Shown here: positions 34,223 through 44,222 of the stretch, piece by piece | Layout of the letters: each line of letters begins with the position of its first letter | Position numbering within the stretch: position 1 is the first letter of the stretch | DNA from: Chthoniobacterales bacterium | GTDB taxonomy: Bacteria; Verrucomicrobiota; Verrucomicrobiia; Chthoniobacterales; UBA10450 | Assembly (NCBI GenBank): GCA_038239645.1 | Contig: JBBSEO010000001.1 | Span: 1 to 52,585, forward strand | Direction: 5' to 3' | DNA: 52,585 nt | The notes under the pieces: generated by a model | Seen by the model: only the letters and a program-made list of their open reading frames with translations | Told to the model about the DNA's origin: nothing | The model's database searches: none | Made by a program: the position numbers and the translations under genes

Positions 34223-34777
34223 ATGAAAATGAAAACATTATTGATCGCGGCGGTGGCGTCCGTCGCGCTGGCGGTTTCGGCCGAGGCAAGAACCAGGACG
34301 GTGCAGACGTCGAATGGGACCGTGGCGAGAAGCGGCCGATATCATGGTGGCTATTATAGAGGGGGCAGCCGCGTCTCGATTGGCTTCGGCTTTGGCTATC
34401 CAGGATTCTATGGCGGCTACTACGGTGGTTATCCCGGATATTATGGCGGCTATTGTCCGTATTATGGCGGAGGCTACTACTCCCCCGGAGGATACAACGG
34501 ATACTACGGCGGCGGTTATTATCCCAACGCAGGATATGGCTACAACAGCGGTTACGGGTATAACGGAGGCTACTCCCAAGGCGGCTATGCCTCGCGCGGA
34601 AACGTCGTCGCCCAAGTGCAATCGCGCCTCGCCCGCGCCGGATACTATCGCGGTGCGATTGATGGCGTGATGGGCCCGCGAACCCGCTACGCGATCCGCG
34701 CCTACGAGGGCCGGCACGGTTTACCCATCGACGGCGTAATTGATCGACGTCTTTTAGCAACTCTTGGCTTAGCCTAG
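34223..34777 (+). CDS. Secreted Gly/Tyr-rich low-complexity protein with a C-terminal peptidoglycan-binding (PG_binding_1-like) domain
   Basis: 184 aa with a signal peptide (...ALAVSAEA). aa 39-122 contain about two-thirds Gly+Tyr by hand count (GYPGFYGGYYGGYPGYYGGYCPYYGGGYY...). The C-terminus, VVAQVQSRLARAGYYRGAIDGVMGPRTRYAIRAYEGRHGLPIDGVIDRRLLATLG, matches the PG-binding helical repeat pattern. Confidence 0.8.
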   Translation: MKMKTLLIAAVASVALAVSAEARTRTVQTSNGTVARSGRYHGGYYRGGSRVSIGFGFGYPGFYGGYYGGYPGYYGGYCPYYGGGYYSPGGYNGYYGGGYYPNAGYGYNSGYGYNGGYSQGGYASRGNVVAQVQSRLARAGYYRGAIDGVMGPRTRYAIRAYEGRHGLPIDGVIDRRLLATLGLA

Positions 34778-34797
34778 AGTTTAAGTAAATAAGGGGC

Positions 34798-34843
34798 AGC
34801 CGACGGGTGGTAGCGTAAAAGCGGCCCGTCGGCTATTTCTTTT
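34798..34843. terminator. Hairpin terminator between the convergent Gly/Tyr-rich gene and the zinc-ribbon membrane protein gene
   Basis: AGCCGACGGG - 17-nt loop - CCCGTCGGCT forms a 10-bp stem followed by ATTTCTTTT. Confidence 0.75.
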
Positions 34844-34856
34844 CCGGCCAGAGCCA

Positions 34857-35639
34857 CTAGTGCGTCGGGGCTGTCGTGGCGGCGGAAAAGGCAACTTCCT
34901 TGTTGCCGAATTCGATGATGCCGACCTTTTCCAGCAACCGGCGTTCGCGTCCCATCGTTCCCGCGACGTCCATCTGCAGGTAGGTCAGATATTTGGCCAG
35001 CGCCGGATGAATCGGCAGCCGACCGATCGCTCCGCCGGTGGGAGTAACGACAAGTTTTCCGCCGCTAACCTCCGCGCGATAGACGCCCGTCGTATAAAGT
35101 GAGTAGCCAAAGATCGAGCGCTCGACTGTCGCCTGGCAAACCCCGGGCGTAAACGCGACCAAGGCCCGTTCGAAATCGAGAATCGAGTAAGTGAGCGCCT
35201 CCTTTTTGCTCCGGAGCGCGTTCGACAGGAACGCGTTCACATCCTTTTCGGCATACTTGAGCGCCGCGGGACGGTGATAGAGCGTCATCATTTCCAGATC
35301 CATGTTGATCTGCGCCGGTAATTCCTGTGACTTGACCACGAGCGGAACATCAGGCGGCAGAACGGCCAGAAGCACGATCGCAGCGGCCCCCGCACCCAGA
35401 ACCAACTTCGCGATCCGCACGCTCCAGAGCCGCGCATTCACGCCTCGAGCGTTGAACATTCCCTGTAAGCGCCGATGGGCGTCCTCCGGCGTCTCTTCGT
35501 TCGCGGAACGCTTGATCTGCGCTAACGACGCGCGGTCAAGCTTGGTTCCACAATCGTGGCAGTAAATGCGCGCGGTTTCGTTTTCGCGCCCGCATTCGGC
35601 GCACTTCAACATCGGTTCTTCAGCAACGGCGGTACTCAT
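34857..35639 (-). CDS. Membrane protein with an N-terminal cytoplasmic zinc ribbon, one TM helix and a ~160-aa extracytoplasmic domain
   Basis: 260 aa: KCAECGRENETARIYCHDCGTKL (CxxC...CxxC), TM helix LVLGAGAAAIVLLAVL. The start ATG overlaps the stop of the FmdB-like gene (ATGA). Confidence 0.75.
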   Translation of the reverse strand: MSTAVAEEPMLKCAECGRENETARIYCHDCGTKLDRASLAQIKRSANEETPEDAHRRLQGMFNARGVNARLWSVRIAKLVLGAGAAAIVLLAVLPPDVPLVVKSQELPAQINMDLEMMTLYHRPAALKYAEKDVNAFLSNALRSKKEALTYSILDFERALVAFTPGVCQATVERSIFGYSLYTTGVYRAEVSGGKLVVTPTGGAIGRLPIHPALAKYLTYLQMDVAGTMGRERRLLEKVGIIEFGNKEVAFSAATTAPTH

Positions 35640-35959
35640 TCTTTCGTCTTCGGTGGCTTGGGCGTTTCAGTTTTGGCTGGAGCGTTCCCTTTCGATTCTG
35701 TCTTCGGCTTTTCCGCGGCAGGAGTCTCTTTTTTCGCCCCTTCCTGGTAGGACTTGCTCCGGTAATCCGTGATATAAAAGCCCGAACCTTTAAAAATGAG
35801 GCCGGCTCCCGTGCCGAGCTGCCGTTTGACCTTTCCGTGCCCCCATTTCTTCATCTGGCAACGGTCATGGGGACATTCCTGCAACGGCTGGTCGCGCATC
35901 GACTGAAAAAAATCGAAATTTTTCCCGCACTTTTCACAGGCGTATTCGTAGGTGGGCAT
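35636..35959 (-). CDS. FmdB-family (CxxC_CxxC_SSSS) zinc-ribbon protein with a Lys/Pro/Glu-rich tail
   Basis: MPTYEYACEKCGKNFDFFQSMRDQPLQECP...C. The start is taken at the ATG at 35959, not the upstream ORF start at 36004. Confidence 0.8.
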   Translation of the reverse strand: MPTYEYACEKCGKNFDFFQSMRDQPLQECPHDRCQMKKWGHGKVKRQLGTGAGLIFKGSGFYITDYRSKSYQEGAKKETPAAEKPKTESKGNAPAKTETPKPPKTKE

Positions 35960-36092
35960 GGGTAAGGGATTAAGGAAGTGCAAGGTAGCTACTGTCGGAA
36001 GCAAAATTCAAGCCGGACGGCACTCGCACTGCTCCATCCCCCGTGCGCACCTTGACTTTGCCATGGGTGAGTTGAACATTTTGCCTTAATTT

Positions 36093-36701
36093 ATGACTTT
36101 GAGATCGATCCTGATTTCTGCTTTTTCCGCAATCTCGTTACTCCTTCTGGCCGGTTGCGAGAGCGATGCCCGCTACGGCGAGAACACGCCTTACATGGGC
36201 GGTGTCGTCGGAAATGAGCCAGCGTCGAATGGAGCCCCGAACGATAACGTTTCCTACTGGGACGGCGATGGCAGTGGGGGAAAGCCTTCCGTGAAAATCA
36301 GCCTTGGAGAACAGCGTGCTTACTTCTACCGGAACGGGCAGCTTGTTGGAATTTCGCAATTATCCACCGGTCGCGAAGGCAAGGCCACGCCCCCGGGCAA
36401 ATACCACATCATCAATAAAGATCAGGCTCACGCTTCGAGCCTTTACGGCGACTACGTCGACGCGTCGGATCAGGTGGTGAAGGAAAATGTCGAACTCGGC
36501 AAAGATCCGAAGCCACCCGGCTCGCATTTCAAAGGCGCGCCGATGCCCTTCTACATGCAGATCGCGCCCGGATTCGGGATGCACGCCGGTTATTTGCCTG
36601 GTTATGCAGCCTCGCACGGATGCATTCGCATGCCGGCATTCATGGCGGAGAATTTCTTTCGTTCCGTCTCCGTCGGCACGCCGGTCACGATCACGAACTA
36701 G
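36093..36701 (+). CDS. L,D-transpeptidase (YkuD-family) lipoprotein
   Basis: 202 aa with lipobox LLLAGC and catalytic motif GYAASHGCIRMP. Confidence 0.9.
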   Translation: MTLRSILISAFSAISLLLLAGCESDARYGENTPYMGGVVGNEPASNGAPNDNVSYWDGDGSGGKPSVKISLGEQRAYFYRNGQLVGISQLSTGREGKATPPGKYHIINKDQAHASSLYGDYVDASDQVVKENVELGKDPKPPGSHFKGAPMPFYMQIAPGFGMHAGYLPGYAASHGCIRMPAFMAENFFRSVSVGTPVTITN

Positions 36702-36743
36702 CCGTCTCGTTGAAGTGCGCCGGCTTTTCGGCGAGAACTTCGC

Positions 36744-39700
36744 GTGCGGAAAATCAACGCCGAGCTAATTGAGCGCGTCGCGCGGGTCCCGTCCCTGCGC
36801 CGCCATTTTGAGCTGATTCGGGAGCGGAAGTTCCCGGCGAAATTCTCTCACGTTGTCGCGAGCGCCCAGCCATTTCTAGTTGCGGCGCTCGCGCGCGACA
36901 TCGCCGAGCCGCTCTGGATTCTTTGTCCGACCGTTCGAACACAGGAACTGTTCTTCGAGGGTCTGCTCAATTGGAACGAGGAGGCCGCTTTTCTTCCCGA
37001 GGCCGAATTCGCCGCGGTCGAAAATATTCTGCCCGATCCTGAAATTGCCGCGGAACGCCTGGCGTTGCTGGCGGAGATTGAGCGCGGTCGAGCAAAAATC
37101 ATCGTCACCACCCGCGCCGCCATCGTCCAACCCGCGCCCGCGCCCGGTTCGCTCAAAGCTGGCTCGTTAGACATCCATCGCCAGCAGCGGATAGAGATGG
37201 AACTCCTGCTAACCCGACTGGCCGAGGCGGGCTACGAGCGCCTCCCGCAGGTAGCGGTCCGCGGGCAATTCGCGGTGCGTGGGGGAATCGTCGACATCTT
37301 TCCGTGGCAAGCGCCCTTGCCTCTCCGCCTGGAATTTTTTGGCGACGAAATCGAATCGATCCGAGAGTTCGATCTCGATACGCAAACGTCGATTCGCACC
37401 CGCGATCGCGCCAGCATTCTGCTGGGAGCAGCGGAAGAACAACGCGCCAGGGTGCGCGATTTCATCGGCCCAAATCATTTGGTGGTCGATCTCGAGCCGG
37501 AGGAAAATCTCGATCCACAGATTCAAATCAGTGAAGGCTGGATTGAAGAGGGCGCGGAAAATTTCCAGACCGCCTTCGCCGACGGCGACGTGAGCGAATT
37601 CGCCGCGGCGGATTTCGCCCTCGCGGAGGCCAAGCGTTTGCAATTCGTCTCCCGCCTGGACGAATGGCGCGCCGCCAATTCAAGGGTCGTAATTTATTTC
37701 CAGACCGAGGGTGAGATGGAGCGCTTCCGCGAACTCTTTCCCGCTGAGGCGCTGCGCGAAGTCGATCTCGTCGAAGGCACGCTCGATCACGGTTTCCTTT
37801 TCCCGGCGGCGAATCTTGTCGTTCTCTCCGCGAATCAATTGATCGGGCGCCTGCCGGTGCACGGCCGCCGCCGTCTCGCCCGCGCCGAGAGACGGAACCG
37901 CGCGCAGATCGACTTCAGCGAATTGAACGACGGCGATCTGGTCGTTCATCTCGAGCACGGCATCGGCCGCTTCCTCGAACTCGCGCAAATGCCTTCTCCG
38001 GGCGGCGCGATGCAAGAAGTCCTCGTCCTCGAATTCGCCAGCGACGCGCGCCTTTATGTTCCCCTCGAACAAGCCTATCTCGTTTCCCGTTACGTCGGCG
38101 TTGGGAAAAAATCGCCGCCGCTCAGTTCCCTGGCGGACGCCAAGTGGGCGCGCGCGAAAAAAAGCGCGGCCGCGTCCATCTTCGATTACGCGGGGAAAAT
38201 GTTGTCGCTCCAGGCCGAACGCGAAACGCGCGAGGGTCACGCTTTCGGCGGCGACACCAAGTGGCAGGCGGAGTTCGAGCATTCCTTCCCGTATCGCGAA
38301 ACCCCCGACCAATTGAAGGCGATTATCGACACCAAGCGCGACATGGAACAGCCGCGTCCGATGGATCGGTTAATCTGTGGCGACGTCGGTTTCGGGAAGA
38401 CGGAGGTGGCGATTCGCGCCGCGTTCAAAACCGTCATGGAGGGCAAACAGGTCGCCATCCTCGGTCCGACCACTGTCCTCGCGCAGCAGCATTTCGAAAC
38501 TTTTCGCCAGCGCATGCTCGATTACCCGGTTCGGATCGAGATGCTCAGCCGCTTTCGTTCGCCGGCCGAGCAAAAGAAAGTCTTGAAACTCCTGCGCGAA
38601 GGCGGCGTTGACATTGTGATCGGGACGCACCGCCTGATCTCGGGCGATGTCGTCTTCAAAGACCTCGGCCTGGTCGTAATCGACGAAGAGCAACGCTTCG
38701 GCGTGCTCCACAAGGAAAAGTTCAAGGAGCTTTTCAGTTTGGTGGATGTCCTGACGCTTTCGGCGACGCCGATTCCCCGCACGCTTTATCTCTCGCTCGT
38801 CGGCGTCAAAGATATGTCGACGATCGAGACACCGCCGCAAAATCGATTACCGGTCGAGACCGTCGTTTGCGGCTATGACGAGCGGATCATTCGGGACGCG
38901 ATCACGCGCGAGCTCGAACGACAAGGACAGGTTTATTTTTTGCACAACCGCGTGCAATCGATCGAAAAAGTGCGTGATCGGCTCGTCGAGCTTTGTCCGG
39001 GCGCGCGGATCGAATTCGGTCACGGACAAATGGATGCGGACGAACTCGAAACGGTCATGCAACGTTTCGTCGCCGGGAAAATTGACGTCCTTGTTTGCAC
39101 GACCATCATCGAAAGCGGCCTCGATATTCCGAACGCAAACACGATCATCATCGATCGCGCGGATCGATTCGGCCTCGCCGACCTGTATCAACTGCGCGGT
39201 CGCGTCGGGCGCGCCGAGCACAAGGCCTACGCCTACCTCATGCTGCCGCGCGATTTGATGACTGTCGGCGCGGCGCGGAAGCGGATTAACGCGATCAAGC
39301 AGTACAGCTCGCTCGGCGCGGGGTTTCGCATTGCCATGCGTGATCTCGAGATTCGCGGCGCGGGCAGCATTCTCGGGACGCAACAGAGCGGTCACATCGT
39401 GGCGGTCGGTTTCGATCTTTACTGTCAGCTCCTGAAACAAGCGGTGGCGCAGATCAAAGGCCAGCGCACGCGATTTCGCCTCGAAGTAGAAATGCGCCTG
39501 GATTTTCTCGCAACCAATGAGGCCGAGTTCGTCCGGGCAGTCCAGCGCGTCCCAGCATTTCTCCCCCGCTCCTTTATTGAAGACGCCACCTTGCGCATCC
39601 AGGCTTACCGCCGCCTGGCCGACGTCACCTCGCAGGAACAGCTCGACCGTCTGCGGAAAGAATGGCGAGACCGCTTCGGTGTTTTCCCGGAGACCGTCCA

Positions 39701-39899
39701 AAACCTGGTCACTCTGACTCAAACCAAACTCGCGGCCACGAAGGCGCGGATCACGCGCGTGGAAACGAAGGAAGACAAACTGATGCTGAGCCGCGGGGGT
39801 GATTTTATACTTGTCGGCGGCAAATTCCCTCGTTTAGTTACGGCGAAATCTCAGGAGCGCCTGCCGGAAATCCTTGGCCTGCTCCGCCAACTGTCATGA
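36744..39899 (+). CDS. mfd: Transcription-repair coupling factor
   Basis: 1051 aa, GTG start. UvrB-homology N-terminal region, RNAP-interaction region, helicase motifs [10 protein letters not shown] and VIDEEQRFG, and a C-terminal TRCF domain. Confidence 0.95.
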   Translation: MRKINAELIERVARVPSLRRHFELIRERKFPAKFSHVVASAQPFLVAALARDIAEPLWILCPTVRTQELFFEGLLNWNEEAAFLPEAEFAAVENILPDPEIAAERLALLAEIERGRAKIIVTTRAAIVQPAPAPGSLKAGSLDIHRQQRIEMELLLTRLAEAGYERLPQVAVRGQFAVRGGIVDIFPWQAPLPLRLEFFGDEIESIREFDLDTQTSIRTRDRASILLGAAEEQRARVRDFIGPNHLVVDLEPEENLDPQIQISEGWIEEGAENFQTAFADGDVSEFAAADFALAEAKRLQFVSRLDEWRAANSRVVIYFQTEGEMERFRELFPAEALREVDLVEGTLDHGFLFPAANLVVLSANQLIGRLPVHGRRRLARAERRNRAQIDFSELNDGDLVVHLEHGIGRFLELAQMPSPGGAMQEVLVLEFASDARLYVPLEQAYLVSRYVGVGKKSPPLSSLADAKWARAKKSAAASIFDYAGKMLSLQAERETREGHAFGGDTKWQAEFEHSFPYRETPDQLKAIIDTKRDMEQPRPMDRLICGDVGFGKTEVAIRAAFKTVMEGKQVAILGPTTVLAQQHFETFRQRMLDYPVRIEMLSRFRSPAEQKKVLKLLREGGVDIVIGTHRLISGDVVFKDLGLVVIDEEQRFGVLHKEKFKELFSLVDVLTLSATPIPRTLYLSLVGVKDMSTIETPPQNRLPVETVVCGYDERIIRDAITRELERQGQVYFLHNRVQSIEKVRDRLVELCPGARIEFGHGQMDADELETVMQRFVAGKIDVLVCTTIIESGLDIPNANTIIIDRADRFGLADLYQLRGRVGRAEHKAYAYLMLPRDLMTVGAARKRINAIKQYSSLGAGFRIAMRDLEIRGAGSILGTQQSGHIVAVGFDLYCQLLKQAVAQIKGQRTRFRLEVEMRLDFLATNEAEFVRAVQRVPAFLPRSFIEDATLRIQAYRRLADVTSQEQLDRLRKEWRDRFGVFPETVQNLVTLTQTKLAATKARITRVETKEDKLMLSRGGDFILVGGKFPRLVTAKSQERLPEILGLLRQLS

Positions 39900-40876
39900 A
39901 GCGTTCTCTCGTTTTCGCCTGCCTCGCCGCGATCTTCGCGGCGCCGTCTCTCCCTGCCGCCGGCCCGCCGCCACCCGCGCGCGGTCCGGAAGTTATTGAT
40001 GGTGTGGCCGCGGTCGTTAATAACGACGTCATCACTTATTCGCAGGTGCGCGAAGTCTCGCTGCCCAAGGAAAGACTCCTGATGTCGCAATACCGCGGTG
40101 AAGAGCTGATGGCGAAAATAAAGGAAGCGCGGCAGGCAGCCGTGCAGGATTTGATCAACCGCCAGTTGGTCATCCAGGCCTTTACGAAGGAATCGTTTCA
40201 AGTTCCGGATCACTTTGTCGACCAGCGAGTGCAGGAAATCATCCGGGAAAATTTCGGCGGCGATCGAGCAGCCTTCATCCGAACCTTGCGTGCCCAGGAT
40301 TACACCCTCGCGCAATTCAAGAAGATGGAGATGGACAAAATCATGGTGCAAGCCATGAGACAGAAGAACGTTAAGTCCAATACGATCACGCCGCCGGGGC
40401 AGTTAGAGGGATACTACCGAAAACATATCGCTGACTACACCTCGAAGGCGCAGGTGAAATTGCGCCTGATCATGATTCCGGCCAAGGCTGGCGAACAGGC
40501 CGCGCAAAAAGCGATGGCGGAGGAAATTTTGAGCAAGCTCGTTCACGGCGCCGAATTCGACCGCATGGCCCAGATTTACTCCGAGGACAGCACGCGCGAT
40601 CTTGGCGGCGATTGGGGCTGGATCGATCGTGGAACCCTCGCAGCGCCACTCGAGAACGTCGCGTTCAACCTTTCTCCCGGGAAGATCAGCAACATCGTCG
40701 ACGTCAGCGGAAACTATTACATTCTCAAGGTGGAAGATCGACGCGGGGGCGCGACAAAATCGTTCAAGGACATGCGACCCGAGATCGAGAAGATGATGGC
40801 CCTGCAACAGGCGCAATCCGCCCAGGAACGCTGGATCGCTGGCCTGCGGCAGAAGGCTTTCATCAAGGTCTACTAG
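39896..40876 (+). CDS. Periplasmic parvulin-type peptidyl-prolyl isomerase (SurA/PrsA-like)
   Basis: 326 aa with a signal peptide, a SurA-N-like region and a parvulin domain (FDRMAQIYSEDSTRDLGGDWGWIDRGTLAAPLENVAFNL..GKISNIV..SGNYYILKVEDRR). ATGA overlap with mfd. Confidence 0.85.
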   Translation: MKRSLVFACLAAIFAAPSLPAAGPPPPARGPEVIDGVAAVVNNDVITYSQVREVSLPKERLLMSQYRGEELMAKIKEARQAAVQDLINRQLVIQAFTKESFQVPDHFVDQRVQEIIRENFGGDRAAFIRTLRAQDYTLAQFKKMEMDKIMVQAMRQKNVKSNTITPPGQLEGYYRKHIADYTSKAQVKLRLIMIPAKAGEQAAQKAMAEEILSKLVHGAEFDRMAQIYSEDSTRDLGGDWGWIDRGTLAAPLENVAFNLSPGKISNIVDVSGNYYILKVEDRRGGATKSFKDMRPEIEKMMALQQAQSAQERWIAGLRQKAFIKVY

Positions 40877-40882
40877 GCGCGC

Positions 40883-41788
40883 TTGCGTGGCGTGCGCACG
40901 CCAGCAAACTGCGGCGTGGCGTTGCGCATTGGAATCACGCTCGGCGATCCCGCCGGGATCGGGCCGGAGATCATCTCGGCGGCTCTCTCTTCAGGGCAGC
41001 TTCCCGGCGCCGGCTATCAGATCATTGGCTCGAAGGATGGAATCGAACCCGGAAACCCGAGCGACGTTTCCGCTCGCGCCGCCTGGCACGCGATGGAAGA
41101 AGCCGCGCGCTTAGCTAACGACGGCGAAATAGATGCGGTTGTCACCGGACCAATCCACAAAGCAAAAATGGCTGCCGTTGGATTCCAGTATCCGGGCCAA
41201 ACCGAGTTCTTCGCCGCGCGCAGTGGCACCATGAATTACGCGATGCTCCTGACCGCTGGCGCTTTTACGGTCGCCCTGGTGACGACCCATATTCCGTTGC
41301 GGGAAGTGTCGGGCACGCTGCGCCAGTCAGAGATTGTTCGGATTGGAAAGTTGCTCGTGACGTTCCTCCAGCGCCGCGGCCTCGCCCAACCGCGCGTCGC
41401 GGTGGCTGGATTGAATCCGCACTCCGGTGAATCCGGCCGGATGGGTTTGGAGGAAATTGAAATCATCGAGCCCGCCATCCGCGAACTACAGTCTTCCTCC
41501 ACCTCCGCCATTTTCGAAGGTCCGATCCCGCCGGACACATTGTTTTACCATCTCGCCCGTGGGCAATGGGACGCCGCGCTCTGTCATTACCACGACCAGG
41601 GCCTGATCCCGCTGAAGCTGCACGGCTTCGATCAGGGTGTGAATGTGACCCTCGGCCTACCCTACCCTCGCACCAGCCCGGACCACGGCACTGCCTTTGA
41701 CCTTGCCGGGAAAAATCGCGCGCGGCCGGATAGTATGATCGCCGCAATCAAACTCGCGGTGGAGCTCGCTCAGAACCACGATGGCTAG
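40883..41788 (+). CDS. pdxA: 4-hydroxythreonine-4-phosphate dehydrogenase
   Basis: IGITLGDPAGIGPEI, VTGPIHK, GLNPHSGE, SPDHGTAFD. The ORF starts at TTG 40883; the in-frame GTG at 40916 (VALRIGITLGDP) is a likely true start. Confidence 0.9.
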   Translation: MRGVRTPANCGVALRIGITLGDPAGIGPEIISAALSSGQLPGAGYQIIGSKDGIEPGNPSDVSARAAWHAMEEAARLANDGEIDAVVTGPIHKAKMAAVGFQYPGQTEFFAARSGTMNYAMLLTAGAFTVALVTTHIPLREVSGTLRQSEIVRIGKLLVTFLQRRGLAQPRVAVAGLNPHSGESGRMGLEEIEIIEPAIRELQSSSTSAIFEGPIPPDTLFYHLARGQWDAALCHYHDQGLIPLKLHGFDQGVNVTLGLPYPRTSPDHGTAFDLAGKNRARPDSMIAAIKLAVELAQNHDG

Positions 41789-42590
41789 GATTGCCAAGTA
41801 TGGAACCGTGTTCACCCTCGGGTTACAGAACACCTTCGTCTATCGGTGGAACTACTTTCTGCGGGCGCTTTTTGGCCTGATTCCACTCGCGGGCACCGTC
41901 TTTCTCTGGCGCGCCGTTTTCGCCGAACGTGGTGGCAGTTTCGGTGGTTACGACTACGGCCAAATGATTTACTATTATTTGTTAATGATTTTGGTCTCGA
42001 ATCTGGTCACGCCCACGGAAGACGAATGGCAGATTGCCTCCGATATCCGGGAAGGCCAGATCAATTCCTTCCTGACCAAGCCGCTGAGCTATCTCGGTTA
42101 TCGCACGAGTATCTTCCTGGCCGGAAGGCTGGTCTACACCATCGTCACGGTTGTTCCGATTATTCTTATCTTCATTTATTTCCGCGGCTACCTCCGGGCT
42201 CCCACCCATCTCCTGACCTACCCGCTGGCGCTGATCTCACTGATCATGGCGGCCTTCATCCAGTTTTTCATCACCTATGCCCTGGCGATGATGGCGTTCT
42301 GGATCCTGGAAATTTCGACGGTCATTTTTATCGTCTATTCCTTCGAGTATTTCCTCGGTGGCCAAATGTTCCCGGTCGACATCATGCCCCTCGGCGTTCA
42401 GGCGGTGATGAAATGGTTGCCGTTCTACTACGAACTTTTCTGTCCAATCGCGATTTTTCTCGAGCGCCTCTCGCAAGGTGAGCTGGTCAAAGCCCTCTTA
42501 GTTCAAAGTGGATGGCTAATCATCACCTGGGCGATCGCGCGGATGATGTGGCAGCGTGGCCTGAATCATTATCAGGCGGTTGGAGGCTAG
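41781..42590 (+). CDS. ABC-2 family transporter permease (ABC2_membrane_6 / DUF990-like)
   Basis: 269 aa with six predicted TM helices and the motif REGQINSFLTKPLSYLGY. It overlaps the pdxA stop by 8 nt. Confidence 0.8.
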   Translation: MARIAKYGTVFTLGLQNTFVYRWNYFLRALFGLIPLAGTVFLWRAVFAERGGSFGGYDYGQMIYYYLLMILVSNLVTPTEDEWQIASDIREGQINSFLTKPLSYLGYRTSIFLAGRLVYTIVTVVPIILIFIYFRGYLRAPTHLLTYPLALISLIMAAFIQFFITYALAMMAFWILEISTVIFIVYSFEYFLGGQMFPVDIMPLGVQAVMKWLPFYYELFCPIAIFLERLSQGELVKALLVQSGWLIITWAIARMMWQRGLNHYQAVGG

Positions 42591-42970
42591 GGAGCGTTTG
42601 CTGCGCCCTGCCTCGGCAAGCGTGATTGCTCGGTCGACAAGCCGGCGGCCTCCCAGGCTTTGAATCCACCAGCCATCGATTTAACGTTAGTATATCCCAT
42701 CTCCTGCAAACTCTGCGCGGCCAATGCGGAACGGCCACCGGCACCGCAATGCAGAATAATCGGCGTTGCCGGATCGGGAACGATCTCTTCGATTTCCACC
42801 TCGAGCAGACCGCGGCTCAAATGGCGAGCCTGGGGAATGTGGCCCGTCTCCCATTCATCACGATCGCGCACGTCGATCACGATCGCCCCTCGCTCATTCG
42901 CCGCTTCCGCCGGCGTGATCTCGGTGATTTTTGCTTTCGCCGCCGCCACCAGCTTCCGATATCGTTCCAT
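42587..42970 (-). CDS. Single-domain rhodanese (sulfurtransferase)
   Basis: 127 aa with active-site loop HCGAGGRS and VIDVRDRDEWETGHIPQARH. Confidence 0.9.
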   Translation of the reverse strand: MERYRKLVAAAKAKITEITPAEAANERGAIVIDVRDRDEWETGHIPQARHLSRGLLEVEIEEIVPDPATPIILHCGAGGRSALAAQSLQEMGYTNVKSMAGGFKAWEAAGLSTEQSRLPRQGAANAP

Positions 42971-43003
42971 TCTCCAGCGTCAGCGCGACGCGGTGCGCGT
43001 CAA

Positions 43004-44221
43004 CTACTCGTAGCGCAAAGCATCGATCGGATCGAGCCGAGCCGCCGTGCGCGCAGGATAAAAGCCGAAGAAAATTCCGACCGCGGCGCTGAAGAGGAAC
43101 GCCACGATAATTGAGGTCGGCGAAATGAGCGACGGCCATTGCTTCACAGTCGCGAGCAACTTCGAAGACACCACGCCGAGCACGATCCCAACAATCCCGC
43201 CGACGGAACTGAGCGACACTGCTTCGATCAGAAATTGCGTGAGGATATCTCGACCATGCGCACCGACCGCGAGGCGCGTGCCGATTTCGCGCGTTCGCTC
43301 GGTCACACTCACGAGCATGATGTTCATGATCCCGATCCCGCCGACAACGAGCGAGACGCAGGCGATCGCGAAGAGCAGGCCGGTCATCACATCCGCGGTC
43401 GCGGTCGCGGCTTCGGCGATTTCCTGTTGATTGCGCACAGTAAAATCGTCGTCGCGGCCAGGCCGAATGTTGTGGCGCTGACGGAGGAGCGAAATGATTT
43501 GTTGTTGCGCCGGTTCGAGCAACTCCGGGCCCGAGACCTGCACGTTGATATTTCGCAAAGTCGTTCCGCCCGACACCCGCTTCATCGCACTGGTGTAGGG
43601 CATGATCACGACGTCATCCTGATCCGGGCCCTGCGCGCTCAGACCCTTCGCCGTCAACACGCCCACCACGGTGAACGGAACATTTTTGATTCGTAGAATC
43701 TGACCGACCGGATCGTCGTTGCCGAAGACCTGAGTGGCGGTGGTGCGGCCAATGACGCACACCTTGTTCGCGCTCCGTACATCCTGTTCGGTGAAAGCCG
43801 CGCCGTCGGCCAACGGCCACTGCCGAATATCAAAATAATCGGGCGACTCTCCCATCACCCGGGTGAACCAGTTCTGGTTTCCCGCAGCGACTTGCGCGGT
43901 CGAGGCAACTTCCTCGCTCACCGAAATCACGCCGGGGACTTCACGTCGAATCGCGGCCGCGTCCTCGATCTTCAGCGTTCCGGCGCCGCCCCAGCCGGTC
44001 CGAATGCCGCTCGAAGTCGTACTGCCGGAAAAAACGAGAATGACATTTTGTCCGAGACTGGCGATCTGCGCTGCCACCTGGGCCTTGGCCCCATTGCCGA
44101 TTCCGACCATCGCGATGACCGCGCCGACCCCGATGATGATGCCGAGCGCGGTCAGCGCCGAACGCAACTTGTTTCGCCGCAGCGCGCGGAACGCGATCTT
44201 GATGGTGGAAAAATAACGCAT
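43004..44221 (-). CDS. MacB/FtsX-type ABC efflux permease (MacB_PCD + FtsX domains)
   Basis: The start is taken at the ATG at 44221 (MRYFSTIKIAFRALRRNKLRSALT...), 1 nt after the ATPase stop. The ORF track extension to 44326 lies inside the ATPase gene. Confidence 0.9.
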   Translation of the reverse strand: MRYFSTIKIAFRALRRNKLRSALTALGIIIGVGAVIAMVGIGNGAKAQVAAQIASLGQNVILVFSGSTTSSGIRTGWGGAGTLKIEDAAAIRREVPGVISVSEEVASTAQVAAGNQNWFTRVMGESPDYFDIRQWPLADGAAFTEQDVRSANKVCVIGRTTATQVFGNDDPVGQILRIKNVPFTVVGVLTAKGLSAQGPDQDDVVIMPYTSAMKRVSGGTTLRNINVQVSGPELLEPAQQQIISLLRQRHNIRPGRDDDFTVRNQQEIAEAATATADVMTGLLFAIACVSLVVGGIGIMNIMLVSVTERTREIGTRLAVGAHGRDILTQFLIEAVSLSSVGGIVGIVLGVVSSKLLATVKQWPSLISPTSIIVAFLFSAAVGIFFGFYPARTAARLDPIDALRYE

Positions 44222-44222
44222 C

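Noticed and set aside
34203-34760. ORFs 34203-34760 (-), 34238-34717 (-) and 34314-34670 (+) overlapping the Gly/Tyr-rich gene.
   Set aside because: They are artefacts of the GGN/TAY-rich composition, in which all frames stay open. Only the 34223-34777 frame gives a signal peptide and a recognisable C-terminal PG-binding domain and is followed by a terminator.
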